From Candidatus Eiseniibacteriota bacterium (GTDB lineage: Bacteria > Eisenbacteria > RBG-16-71-46 > SZUA-252), in assembly GCA_031370645.1 (NCBI GenBank), contig JANMQV010000143.1:1-40321 (forward strand): a stretch of DNA of 40,321 bases, in the 5' to 3' direction. Each line of letters begins with the position of its first letter. Positions within the stretch are counted from its first letter, which is position 1. Below are positions 10,800-20,207 of the stretch, piece by piece. Position numbers and translations under genes: made by a program. The notes beneath the pieces are model-generated. The model did not search any database and was not told the DNA's origin. It was given only the letters and a program-made list of their open reading frames with translations.

Positions 10800-12181
10800 G
10801 TTTCGTAGGCCGAAGCGACGCCGAACGCCGGGCCATGCTCGAGCGGATCGGCGCGCGGACGATCGAAGAACTTTGGAGCGCGATCCCGGCGGAGTTCCGG
10901 GTGCCGGGAGCGCTGCCGCTTCCCGCGCCGCTCGCGGAGTACGAGATCTCGAAGCGGTTCGAAGCCGACGCCGGTCGAAACGCCGACTCGGGGCGCTACG
11001 CCTGTTTCCTCGGCGCCGGAATCTACGACCACTTCATCCCGTCCGCGGTGCGCGCGCTCACGTCGCGCTCCGAGTACGCCACCGCCTACACGCCCTATCA
11101 GCCCGAAGTCGCGCAGGGGACGCTCCAGGTCATCTTCGAATACCAGTCGATGATCCGCGAACTGACCGGCATGGAAGTGGCGAACGCCTCCATGTACGAC
11201 GCCGGCACCGCCGCCGCGGAGGCCGCCCATCTGGCGGTCGGCGCGAAGGGGCGCCGCCGGATCGTCGTCTCGGCCGGGCTCCATCCACATCATCGCCAGG
11301 TCCTCGCGACCTACGCTTCCGCCGGCGGTTTCGACATCGTTGAGGTTCCTCTCTCTGGGGGCCGCACCGATGCCGCCGCCGTGAAGTCGGCGCTCGGCGC
11401 CGATGCCGCCGCTTTCCTCTGGGCTCAGCCGAACTTCGAAGGAATCGTCGAAGAGGGAGCGACACTCACGGACGTGGCTCATGCCGCCGGTGCCTACTCC
11501 GTGGCCGTCGGCGATCCGATCGCGCTGTCCGTCCTCACGCCGCCGGGGGCGCAGGGCGCCGACATCGTGGTCGGCGAAGGGCAGCCGCTCGGCGTCTCGA
11601 TGTCGTACGGCGGCCCGCTCGTCGGATTCTTCGCCATTCGCAAGGCGGACGTGCGCCGACTCCCGGGGCGACTCTCCGGGGTCACGGTCGACCTCGACGG
11701 GCGCCGCGGTTTCGTTCTCACACTTCAGACGCGCGAGCAGCACATTCGCCGCGAGCGCGCGACGTCCAATATCTGCACGAACCAGGGACTCATGGCGCTC
11801 GCGAACACGATCCACCTGGCGCTCCTCGGCGCGGAGGGGATGCGCGACGTGGCGCTCCAGTGCCTCGAGCGAGCGCACTATTTGGCCGAGCGGGTCGCCC
11901 GCGTGCCGGGAGTGTCGGTTGCGCACGCCGCACCCTTCTTCCGCGAGTTCGTGCTTCGACTTCCGGGCCCCGCGGCCTCATTCGTGGAGCACGCGCTCTC
12001 CGCGAATCTCCTCGCAGGCGTCCCGATGTCGCGCTTCGACCGGGGCAGGCCGAACGATCTCCTCGTCGCCGTGACGGAAAAGCGGACACGCGAGGAGATG
12101 GATCGCTTCGCCGCTGCCTTGGCCGCTTGGGTGAAGAGCCGCGCGGCGGCGCCCGCCGAGGAGGCCGCGTGCCCGCGATGA
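10796..12181 (+). CDS. gcvPA: Glycine dehydrogenase (decarboxylating) subunit 1
   Basis: FLGAGIYDHFIP, TAYTPYQPEVAQG, ANASMYD, LQTREQHIRRERATSNICTNQ. GTG start overlaps the gcvH stop (GTGA). Confidence 0.96.
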   Translation: MSFVGRSDAERRAMLERIGARTIEELWSAIPAEFRVPGALPLPAPLAEYEISKRFEADAGRNADSGRYACFLGAGIYDHFIPSAVRALTSRSEYATAYTPYQPEVAQGTLQVIFEYQSMIRELTGMEVANASMYDAGTAAAEAAHLAVGAKGRRRIVVSAGLHPHHRQVLATYASAGGFDIVEVPLSGGRTDAAAVKSALGADAAAFLWAQPNFEGIVEEGATLTDVAHAAGAYSVAVGDPIALSVLTPPGAQGADIVVGEGQPLGVSMSYGGPLVGFFAIRKADVRRLPGRLSGVTVDLDGRRGFVLTLQTREQHIRRERATSNICTNQGLMALANTIHLALLGAEGMRDVALQCLERAHYLAERVARVPGVSVAHAAPFFREFVLRLPGPAASFVEHALSANLLAGVPMSRFDRGRPNDLLVAVTEKRTREEMDRFAAALAAWVKSRAAAPAEEAACPR

Positions 12182-13662
12182 ACGATCCTTCGATCGTCGA
12201 GGCGACGCTCCGCGAAATCTCGGTCGCGGGGCACCGGGGGCCGCGACTTCAGCCGCTCGACGTTCCCGAGCGCGGCGCCGCGGTGCTTCTCCCGAACGTC
12301 CCGCTTCGGTCCGGCGCGCCCGCGCTGCCGGAAGTCTCGGAGCCGGCGGTGGTCCGCCATTTCGTGAATCTCTCCACGCTCAATCACCACATCGACAAGG
12401 CGATCTATCCGCTCGGGTCGTGCACGATGAAGTACAACCCGAAATTGAACGACGAGATGGCGCGGCTCCCGGGCTTCGCGGGAATTCATCCGTTCCAGCC
12501 CGACGATACCGTTCCGGGAGCGCTGGCCGTGATCGGCGAACTCCACGAGTGGCTTCGCGCGATCATGGGGATGCCGGGGATCACCACCCAGCCGGTCGCG
12601 GGCGCCCAGTGCGAGCTGACCGCGATTCTCATGGCTCGCGCCTACCACACCGACCACGGCGATCCGCGCGAGGAAGTGATCGTGCCCGATTCGGCGCACG
12701 GCACGAACCCCTCCACGGTGGCGCAGGTCGGCTACAAGGTCGTGACGGTTCCTTCGGGCCCCGACGGACTCGTCGACATGGAAGCGTTGAAGAAGGTTGT
12801 CTCGCCGAAGACCGCGGCCATGATGCTCACGAATCCGAACACGCTCGGCATCTTCGAGCGGGAAGTGGGGACGATCGCCACGTGGATTCACGACGTCGGC
12901 GCGTTCCTCTATCTCGACGGCGCGAACCTGAACGCCATGGTCGGCCTGGCGAGCCCCGGCGCCATGGGCTTCGACTTCGCGCACATCAACCTGCACAAGA
13001 CCTTCTCGACGCCGCACGGCGGAGGGGGACCGGGAGGCGGCGTCCTCTGCGTCCGTCCCGACCTCGAACCCTACCTACCGTTGCCGGTTCTCGTCGCCGT
13101 CGGATCGGGATATCGCTGGGACTACGATCGCCCGCGCTCCATCGGACGCGTCCATTCCTACTACGGCAATTTCGGCATCCTCGTCCGCGCGCTCGCGTAC
13201 ATGCGGTCGCTGGGGGCGTCGGGAATCGCGGAAGTGAGCCGCGAGTCGATCCTCAACGCGAACTATCTGAAAGCGCAACTCCGCGAGGCGTACGCGCCGT
13301 CGCACGAGGGCTACTGCATGCACGAGTTCGTCCTCTCGGCGAACCGCCAGAAGGCGCGGGGCGTGAAGGCGCTCGACGTGGCGAAGCGGCTTCTCGATTT
13401 CGGCTTCCACGCGCCGACGACCTACTTCCCGCTCATCGTGGATGAGGCGTTGATGATCGAGCCGACGGAGACCGAAACGAAGGCGGCGATCGACGCGTTC
13501 GCCGAAGCGATGCTCGCGATCGATCGGGAATCGATCGAGGATCCCGATTCGGTGCGCCGCGCTCCCACCAAGACGCCGGTGCGCCGCTTGGACGAGGCGC
13601 GCGCCGCGCGCAACCTGGTTCTCTCGTGGCAAGATCTCGAGGCCGGGCGTGGAGGCGTCTGA
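12178..13662 (+). CDS. gcvPB: Glycine dehydrogenase (decarboxylating) subunit 2
   Basis: YPLGSCTMKYNPK, PDSAHGTNP, PLP-Lys motif NLHKTFSTPHGGGGPG, MIEPTETE. ATG overlaps the gcvPA stop; in-frame GTG 12169 is an alternative start. Confidence 0.96.
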   Translation: MNDPSIVEATLREISVAGHRGPRLQPLDVPERGAAVLLPNVPLRSGAPALPEVSEPAVVRHFVNLSTLNHHIDKAIYPLGSCTMKYNPKLNDEMARLPGFAGIHPFQPDDTVPGALAVIGELHEWLRAIMGMPGITTQPVAGAQCELTAILMARAYHTDHGDPREEVIVPDSAHGTNPSTVAQVGYKVVTVPSGPDGLVDMEALKKVVSPKTAAMMLTNPNTLGIFEREVGTIATWIHDVGAFLYLDGANLNAMVGLASPGAMGFDFAHINLHKTFSTPHGGGGPGGGVLCVRPDLEPYLPLPVLVAVGSGYRWDYDRPRSIGRVHSYYGNFGILVRALAYMRSLGASGIAEVSRESILNANYLKAQLREAYAPSHEGYCMHEFVLSANRQKARGVKALDVAKRLLDFGFHAPTTYFPLIVDEALMIEPTETETKAAIDAFAEAMLAIDRESIEDPDSVRRAPTKTPVRRLDEARAARNLVLSWQDLEAGRGGV

Positions 13663-14086
13663 GGCGACTCCGGCTGTCGGGCTCGCCTGGAGCTCGTGGC
13701 CCGCGCGGCGACGCCCGCTGGCGGCCGCGGTCGTGCTCGCGTCCGTCGCGATTTTGGGGGTCCTGGTGCGTCAAGCAACCGGAGACGGGGTCCTGGCCGT
13801 CGCGGCGCCCTTCTTCGTTCTCTTGTCCGTATCGTCGTGGCTTCTCCCGACCGGCTTTCGCCTGACGGAGGAGGGGCTCGAAGTGCGATCGCTCGGTGTC
13901 ACGCGCGTTCGTCCCTGGAGCGAAATGCGACGCATGGTGGTGGATGATTCGGGGGTCTTCTTGAGCCCGTTCGAGCGGAAACACTGGCTCGACGCGTATC
14001 GGGGAGTCCGCCTGCTAACCGGAGGAAACCGCGATCAAGTGGTGGCGTTCGTGGAAGCGAAGCTCGGCGCCCGCGCCGGTGGATAG
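13649..14086 (+). CDS. Hypothetical membrane protein (two TM plus small, possibly PH-like, beta domain)
   Basis: Two hydrophobic helices, then PTGFRLTEEGLEV..RPWSEMRR..GVFLSPF...LDAYRGV. Overlaps the genes on both sides. Confidence 0.7.
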   Translation: MEASEATPAVGLAWSSWPARRRPLAAAVVLASVAILGVLVRQATGDGVLAVAAPFFVLLSVSSWLLPTGFRLTEEGLEVRSLGVTRVRPWSEMRRMVVDDSGVFLSPFERKHWLDAYRGVRLLTGGNRDQVVAFVEAKLGARAGG

Positions 14087-14483
14087 CGCGACGCCGGCGG
14101 CTCAGGCGACGGCACCGCCAAACGCGGGCGAGCCGAAGGCCGGGGCCTACACGCCCGAAGAGGAGGCGCTCCTCGACCGCCTGGCGGAGCTGACGGTGCG
14201 GCACCGCATGACGGTTCCCGCCATTCTCCTGTTGGAGTCGGTGAAGCCGCTTTCGTTTCTGGGGAGCCAGGCCCTCCTCTTTTTTGAACCGATGGTCCGC
14301 GCGTTCTTCAGCGTGCCGGACTACGATCGCGTCGTTGCGCTCCTCGAACGGCGGGAGAGCCTTGAGGCGCTTCTCGTGCGGATCGAAGCGAAAGAAGACG
14401 ACATGCGACGCGAAGAGCGGGAGGCCAAGGAGCGGCGCCGCGAGGCGCGCCGGGCCGGAACCGATGGAAAGGATCCCTCGTGA
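14079..14483 (+). CDS. Hypothetical alpha-helical protein
   Basis: MTVPAILLLESVKPLSFLGSQALLFFEP core and charged C-terminal coil. Overlaps both neighbours. Confidence 0.75.
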   Translation: MDSATPAAQATAPPNAGEPKAGAYTPEEEALLDRLAELTVRHRMTVPAILLLESVKPLSFLGSQALLFFEPMVRAFFSVPDYDRVVALLERRESLEALLVRIEAKEDDMRREEREAKERRREARRAGTDGKDPS

Positions 14484-16300
14484 GTGAGCGGAAACCGGAA
14501 GATCTGAAATCGATTCTCGCGACCGACTGCGGGAGCACGACGACGAAGGCGATCCTCATCGAGAAGCGGGGCGACGAGTATCGCTTGATCGTGCGCGGCG
14601 AAGCGCCGACCACCGTCGAAGCGCCCTTCGAGGACGTGACGCGCGGCGTACTGAACGCGATCATGGAAGTGGAAGAGTTGGCGGGCCGAAAGATCCTCGA
14701 CGGCGAGCGGATCATCACGCCGCAGGAAGGAAACGCGGGGGTCGATCTCTACATCTCGACCTCGAGCGCCGGCGGCGGACTCCAGATGATGGTGTCCGGC
14801 GTCGTGAAGAGCATGACGGGCGAGAGCGCCCAGCGCGCCGCGCTCGGCGCCGGCGCCATCGTCATGGACGTCATCGCGAGCAACGACGGGCGCCTCCCGC
14901 ACGAGAAGATCAAGCGGATCCGCCAGCTCCGCCCCGACATGATTCTCCTCTCGGGCGGGATCGACGGCGGCACCACATCTCACGTGGTCGAGATGGCGGA
15001 ACTGCTCGCCGCGGCCGACCCGAAGGCGCGCCTCGGCGCCGGCTACGAACTGCCGGTCATCTACGCCGGAAACAAGGACGCCGCCCCGATGGTCGAGGAA
15101 ATACTTGGCTCGAAGACCGCGCTCGTCATCACCGACAACCTCCGCCCGGTGCTGGAGCGGGAGAATCTGACGCCGGCGCGCGACAAGATCCATGATCTCT
15201 TCATGGAACACGTCATGGCGCACGCGCCGGGTTACAAGAAGCTGATGACCTGGTCGCCCGTGCCGATCATGCCGACCCCGGGCGCTGTGGGACTCATCAT
15301 CGAGACCATCGCGCGCGAGGAGAAGATCAACGTCGTCGGCGTGGACATCGGCGGCGCCACCACCGACGTGTTCTCGGTATTCCAGACGATCTTCAACCGC
15401 ACGGTGAGCGCGAATCTCGGCATGAGCTACTCGGTGTCGAACGTGCTCGCGGAGGCGGGGCTGCCGAACATTCTCCGCTGGGTGCCGTTCGAGATCGGCG
15501 AGCCCGACCTTCGAAACCGGATCAAGAACAAGATGATCCGCCCGACGACCATCCCCCAGACGATGGAGGAACTGGTCATCGAGCAGGCGATCGCCCGCGA
15601 GGCGCTCCGTCTTGCGTTCGAGCAGCACAAGACGCTCGCGGTCGGCCTGAAGGGCGTGCAGCAGGAGCGCACCATTTCCGACACGTTTGAGCAGACGGCC
15701 AGCGGCGAGTCGCTCGTCCGCCTCGACCATCTCGATCTCCTCGTCGGAAGCGGCGGTGTCCTCTCGCACGCGCCCCGGCGCGCCCAGTCGGCGCTCATGA
15801 TGCTCGACGCGTTCCTGCCGGAGCACGTCACGGAGCTGGCCGTCGACTCGATCTTCATGATGCCGCAGCTCGGCGTGCTCTCCACCGTGCATCCCACGGC
15901 GGCGCGCCAGGTCTTCGAGAAGGACTGCCTCATCCGGCTCGGTTCGAGCGTGGCGCCGGTCGGACCCGGCAAGGAAGGGCAGCCCGCGCTCAAGGTGTCC
16001 CTCGAACTGCCGGGCGGAAAGCGCGAGGAACTCTCGATCCCGTACGGCGCGCTTCGCCTGCTTCCGCTCGGCGAAGGGGAATTCGCGAAGGCGACGCTTC
16101 GCCCCGAGAAGGGATTCGACGTCGGCGAAGGGAAGGGGAAGGAACGGACGGTCAACCTCCGAGGCGGCGTGGTCGGGGTCATCTTCGACTGCCGCGGACG
16201 GCGCCCGTTCGGGCTCCCCGAGGATCGCGCCCGCCGTATCGTCAAACTGAACGAATGGAACGACGCACTGGCCGCTTATCCGGCCGTCGTGAGGAGCTGA
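14480..16300 (+). CDS. GlmL/MutL (glutamate mutase L)-like ASKHA-fold ATPase
   Basis: Phosphate-1 motif ILATDCGSTTTK, STSSAGGGL, LLSGGIDGG, phosphate-2 motif VDIGGATTDVFS, RTVSANLGMSYS, LVGSGGVLSHAP. Confidence 0.85.
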   Translation: MSERKPEDLKSILATDCGSTTTKAILIEKRGDEYRLIVRGEAPTTVEAPFEDVTRGVLNAIMEVEELAGRKILDGERIITPQEGNAGVDLYISTSSAGGGLQMMVSGVVKSMTGESAQRAALGAGAIVMDVIASNDGRLPHEKIKRIRQLRPDMILLSGGIDGGTTSHVVEMAELLAAADPKARLGAGYELPVIYAGNKDAAPMVEEILGSKTALVITDNLRPVLERENLTPARDKIHDLFMEHVMAHAPGYKKLMTWSPVPIMPTPGAVGLIIETIAREEKINVVGVDIGGATTDVFSVFQTIFNRTVSANLGMSYSVSNVLAEAGLPNILRWVPFEIGEPDLRNRIKNKMIRPTTIPQTMEELVIEQAIAREALRLAFEQHKTLAVGLKGVQQERTISDTFEQTASGESLVRLDHLDLLVGSGGVLSHAPRRAQSALMMLDAFLPEHVTELAVDSIFMMPQLGVLSTVHPTAARQVFEKDCLIRLGSSVAPVGPGKEGQPALKVSLELPGGKREELSIPYGALRLLPLGEGEFAKATLRPEKGFDVGEGKGKERTVNLRGGVVGVIFDCRGRRPFGLPEDRARRIVKLNEWNDALAAYPAVVRS

Positions 16301-16301
16301 C

Positions 16302-17432
16302 GTGGCCCACTCGTATACGCCAGGACTGAAGGTCACCGCGTTCGCCGTGGTCCGGCGGGAGCGGAAGCTTCCGCTCGCGGGAAGCGTCCTTGTGAATGTC
16401 GGAGACAACGTCGCCGCGGAGGCGATCGTCGCCCGAACCGAACTCCCCGGAAACGTGCAGAGCGTGAACGCCGCGAACCTCCTCGGCATCCTGCCGGAGG
16501 ACGTTCAGGACTGCCTCACGAAATCCGTCGGATCGAGCGTGGCCAAGGGCGAGGTCTTCGCGGAGAGCAAGTCGTTCTTCGGACTCTTCCGCTCGAAGGC
16601 CGTCTCCCCGGTCGCGGGAACGCTCGAGAGCGTTTCGAGCGTGACGGGGCAGGCGCTCCTTCGCGAGCCCCCGATCCCGGTCGAAGTCGACGCCTACGTG
16701 GACGGTACCATCGTGGAGGTCCACCCGAAGCAGGGTGTAACGGTCGAGACGCGCGGCACGTACATCCAGGGAATATTTGGCATCGGCGGGGAGACCTGCG
16801 GCGAGCTCCACGTCGCCGTGGCGGCTCCTTCCGACACACTGACGGAAGCGATGATCGGCGAGAAGGATCGCGGAAAGATCCTCGTCGGCGGGGCCCACGT
16901 CACAACCAAGACGCTCCTGCATGCCATCCAACTGGGTGTCCGGGCGATCGTGATCGGCGGATTCGACGACCACGACCTCCGCGAGTTCCTCGGCTACGAC
17001 CTGGGCGTGGCCATCACCGGTTCCGAGGAAAAGGGGATCACGCTCGTCGTGACCGAAGGCTTCGGCGAGATCCCGATGGCCGGACGGACGTTCGAGCTAC
17101 TGAAGGCATGCGAAGGGCGAAAGGTCTCCGTGAGCGGGGCGACGCAGATCCGAGCGGGCGTTCTTCGCCCCGAGATCATCTGCCCGCGCCTGGAGGCCGA
17201 ACTGAAGAGCTCTGCCCACGATGAGAGCCCGGGAGGCGAGGGTCTTTCCGTCGGCTGCCAGATTCGGATCATCCGCCAGCCCTTCTTCGGGCGACTCGGA
17301 ATCGTGACCTCGCTTCCGCCCGAGCCGACGGCGCTCGAGACGGAGGCGAAGGTCCGAGTCCTCGAGGTCGACTTCGGAGGCGGCGAGCGCGCGTTCCTTC
17401 CGCGCGCCAACGTGGAGCGAATCGAGTCATAG
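16302..17432 (+). CDS. Hypothetical protein with barrel-sandwich-hybrid (lipoyl/biotinyl-like) repeats and a C-terminal KOW/SH3-like domain
   Basis: VGDNVAAEAIVAR, VGSSVAKGEVFAE...SPVAGTLESV, AYVDGTIVEV; C-terminal VGCQIRIIRQPFFGRLGIV. Starts 1 nt after the GlmL-like stop. Confidence 0.8.
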   Translation: MAHSYTPGLKVTAFAVVRRERKLPLAGSVLVNVGDNVAAEAIVARTELPGNVQSVNAANLLGILPEDVQDCLTKSVGSSVAKGEVFAESKSFFGLFRSKAVSPVAGTLESVSSVTGQALLREPPIPVEVDAYVDGTIVEVHPKQGVTVETRGTYIQGIFGIGGETCGELHVAVAAPSDTLTEAMIGEKDRGKILVGGAHVTTKTLLHAIQLGVRAIVIGGFDDHDLREFLGYDLGVAITGSEEKGITLVVTEGFGEIPMAGRTFELLKACEGRKVSVSGATQIRAGVLRPEIICPRLEAELKSSAHDESPGGEGLSVGCQIRIIRQPFFGRLGIVTSLPPEPTALETEAKVRVLEVDFGGGERAFLPRANVERIES

Positions 17433-17445
17433 GCGGAAAGGAATC

Positions 17446-17474
17446 TTGACAGCCTTTCGGAAGCGCCCTACCGT
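17446..17474 (+). promoter_or_regulatory. Putative internal sigma70 promoter (TTGACA-N17-TACCGT)
   Basis: Perfect -35, 17-bp spacer and TAnnnT -10 in the only large gap of the cluster. Confidence 0.55.
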
Positions 17475-17579
17475 ACTCGCGTTGGCCGGAAGCACCCAGC
17501 ACCGGAGGCATTGCCTGCGCGTGATTTCTTGTCATCTCACTCCCCGCATCTTCGACAGGCTCGACCGAGGAGTGCCCGC

Positions 17580-18725
17580 CTGATCACTTCCATTCGTACC
17601 GTGATCGCTCGCGCCGTCGCGACGGCCGCGGTCCTCCTTACGTTAGCCCTGCCCGCTTCGACGTCTGCCTTCCCGCTCGTGGCGACGGACACGCCCAACG
17701 ACGGCGGGAAGAGCATCAATCTGACCTGGACGCTCCCGGCCGTTCCGCCGGCGCATTGGACGCTTGTCCGCCGCGAGTTCCCGAACGGCGCCTTCTCGCC
17801 GGTCGCCACGCTCGACGGCACGGACCACGCGTACCAGGATTCCGGTGAAGGGCTCACGGACGGTGTTCGTTACGAGTACCTGCTCCTGGCCGCGCCCGAC
17901 GATCCGGCGCTCCGCTCGGAGGTTTCGGGGCCCGTCTCCTCGTCGCCTGAGTGGTTCGACATGACGAAGCAGAACGTCGCCGTCGTCCTCGTTCTCTTCT
18001 TCATCGTGCTCTTCTTCTACATCGAGCAGGCCCGGAGAGGGACGAAGTGGACGTTCCGGCGCATCGCCGGCCTCGACGCCATCGAAGAGGCGATCGGCCG
18101 CGCGACGGAGATGGGGAAGGGCATCCTCTACGTTCCGGGAGTTCAGGATATCGACGACATTCAGACGATCGCGTCGATGATCCTCCTCGGACAGGTGGCG
18201 CGCACCGCGGCGAAGTATGAGACGCCGCTCCAGGTCCCCACGAACTCTCCCGCCGTCTATACGGTGGCGGAGGAGGTCGTGAAGGCGAGCTATCAGGATG
18301 TCGGACGCGCGGACGCGTACCGTTCCGAGCAGGTGCGCTACATCACCTCCGAGCAGTTCGCCTACGTCGCCGCGGTGAACGGCATGATGCTCCGCGATAG
18401 GCCGGCCGCGAACCTTTTCCTCGGCGCCTTCTTCGCGGAATCGCTCCTCTTGGCCGAAACGGGCCACTCGATCGGTGCCATTCAGATCGCGGGAACCGCG
18501 AACGTTCACCAGATGCCGTTCTTCGTGGTGGCGTGCGACTACACGCTCATCGGCGAGGAGTACTACGCGGCAAGCGCGCTCCTCTCGGGCGACTCGATGC
18601 TACTCGGTAGCCTCAAGTCCTCCGATACGGTAAAGATCTTCCTCATCATCGTCGTCGTGGTCGGGTGCATCCTCTCCTCCTCCGGCTTCACGCAGTTCGG
18701 CGACTGGTGGAGCACCACCCGATGA
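17580..18725 (+). CDS. Membrane protein with signal peptide, FN3-like domain and DUF6754-like domain
   Basis: Signal peptide ..ASTSA-F; ATDTPNDGGKSINLTW..YQD..LTDGVRYEY (FN3-like); TM; RRIAGLDAIEEAIGRATEMGK; QIAGT..QMPFFVVACDYTLIGEEYYAASA; C-terminal TM. Start uncertain: TTG 17511, CTG 17580 after GAGGAG, or GTG 17601. The DUF6754 name is recalled, not searched. Confidence 0.8.
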   Translation: MITSIRTVIARAVATAAVLLTLALPASTSAFPLVATDTPNDGGKSINLTWTLPAVPPAHWTLVRREFPNGAFSPVATLDGTDHAYQDSGEGLTDGVRYEYLLLAAPDDPALRSEVSGPVSSSPEWFDMTKQNVAVVLVLFFIVLFFYIEQARRGTKWTFRRIAGLDAIEEAIGRATEMGKGILYVPGVQDIDDIQTIASMILLGQVARTAAKYETPLQVPTNSPAVYTVAEEVVKASYQDVGRADAYRSEQVRYITSEQFAYVAAVNGMMLRDRPAANLFLGAFFAESLLLAETGHSIGAIQIAGTANVHQMPFFVVACDYTLIGEEYYAASALLSGDSMLLGSLKSSDTVKIFLIIVVVVGCILSSSGFTQFGDWWSTTR

Positions 18726-18735
18726 GGGCCCGGTC

Positions 18736-19374
18736 GTGAAGCGCGAAATTCCGATTCTGATCACGCTCATCTCGGGCCTCTTCTGCCTCATCGGCTTCTT
18801 CGTCCCACACCCCTGGGTGCGAAACAGCTACGAAGATATCCAGACCTGGGCGCTCATCCTCGTCGGGCTCACCTACGTGCTCGGCGTGGCGAATCTCCTC
18901 AGCGTGAATCTCAAGAGCGTCTCGGCGCGCCGGACGGACTGGCTCTACAAGCTCGTCCTCGTCGCCTCGCTCCTGGTCATGATGGGAATCGGGTTCTCCG
19001 AAGGGGACAAGTACCTCGACACCACGTCGAAGTTCTCCTGGATGTACCGCAATTTCTATTCGCCGATGTCCGCGACCATGTTCGCGCTTTTGGCCTTCTT
19101 CATCGCGTCGGCAGCCTTCCGCGCCTTCCGCATTCGGTCGCCGGAAGCGATGCTCCTCGCGATCGCGGCATTCATTCTCATGATCGGACGCGTCCCGGTC
19201 GGGAATCTCATCAGCCACTGGGTGCCCGACGCGGCGGACTGGCTCATGGAAATTCCCCAGAACGCCGCCAAGCGGGGCATCTTGATCGGCGCGGCGCTCG
19301 GCGTCATGGCGACCGGCATCCGGCTCATTCTCGGCATCGAGAAGACGTATGGTAGCGGAGGAGACGGCGCGTGA
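18736..19374 (+). CDS. Hypothetical polytopic membrane protein (about 6 TM)
   Basis: Hydrophobic helices; SATMFALLAFFIASAAFRAFRIRS; PQNAAKRGILIGAALG..GIRLILGIEK. Confidence 0.8.
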   Translation: MKREIPILITLISGLFCLIGFFVPHPWVRNSYEDIQTWALILVGLTYVLGVANLLSVNLKSVSARRTDWLYKLVLVASLLVMMGIGFSEGDKYLDTTSKFSWMYRNFYSPMSATMFALLAFFIASAAFRAFRIRSPEAMLLAIAAFILMIGRVPVGNLISHWVPDAADWLMEIPQNAAKRGILIGAALGVMATGIRLILGIEKTYGSGGDGA

Positions 19375-20207
19375 GCGGTCTCGGCTGGCTGAGGAATCTC
19401 GATCGCCGCTGGCTCTTCCTCTGCGTGGCCCTGCTCGTGATCGTCCCGCTCATGATGGGCTTCCACGTGGCGCCCGTTCTACCGGGGCATCGGGCGAAGG
19501 GCTTCTATGACACGGTCGAGAAGCTCCCGGCGGGCTCCACGGTTCTATTGGCGGGGGATTACGACCCGGGGACGATCGCGGAGAACTATCCGGCGCATCT
19601 CGCGGCCGTTCGTCATCTCATGAGCAAGAACGTGAAGATCGTCGCCATCGCGCTCTATCCGGGCGGCCCGCCGCTTACGGACGAGGTTCTCGCTATCGGA
19701 GCCCGCGAGTACAACAAGCAGGTAGGCATCGACTACGTCAATCTGGGGTACAAGGCCGGCAACGAGGTCGTCATGTCGCGAATGGGTCTCAGCATCCCGG
19801 AGACCTTCCCGGTCGACAGTCGCGGCGTCCCGGTGGGCCAAATTCCCGTTATGACCGGCATTCGCAATTTCAACGACCTCGATCTCCTCGTGAATATCAG
19901 CGCGGGCTATCCGGGGACGAAGGAGTGGGTGCAGCAGGTCGTCTCGCGGTACCACATCCCGATGGTCGCCGCCGTCACCGCGGTGAGCGCGCCCGAGTAT
20001 TATCCCTACCTCCAAACGGGCCAGCTCCAGGGCCTGCTCGGCGGCATGGCCGGCGCGGCCGAATACGAGGCGCTCGTGAAGCATCCCGCCCTCGCGATGC
20101 GCGGCATGGACGCGCAGTCGCTGGCGCACCTCTTCATCGCCTTCCTCATCATCCTGGGCAATCTGGCCAGCCCCCCGAAGCGGGACGCTGGAAAGCGGGA
20201 CAGCTGA
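19371..20207 (+). CDS. Hypothetical membrane-anchored protein (N- and C-terminal TM, central alpha/beta domain)
   Basis: DRRWLF plus TM; DYDPGTIAE; GIDYVNLGYKAG; YPYLQTGQLQGLLGGMAGAAEYE; MDAQSLAH plus TM. GTGA overlap with the previous gene. Confidence 0.8.
   Translation: MSGLGWLRNLDRRWLFLCVALLVIVPLMMGFHVAPVLPGHRAKGFYDTVEKLPAGSTVLLAGDYDPGTIAENYPAHLAAVRHLMSKNVKIVAIALYPGGPPLTDEVLAIGAREYNKQVGIDYVNLGYKAGNEVVMSRMGLSIPETFPVDSRGVPVGQIPVMTGIRNFNDLDLLVNISAGYPGTKEWVQQVVSRYHIPMVAAVTAVSAPEYYPYLQTGQLQGLLGGMAGAAEYEALVKHPALAMRGMDAQSLAHLFIAFLIILGNLASPPKRDAGKRDS

Noticed and set aside
800-16489. Very long minus-strand ORFs (800-3616, 6126-9296, 14321-16489, also 25203-27233 and 29884-31611)
   Set aside because: They are antisense shadows of well-supported plus-strand genes, expected from high-GC codon bias, and contain no recognisable motifs.
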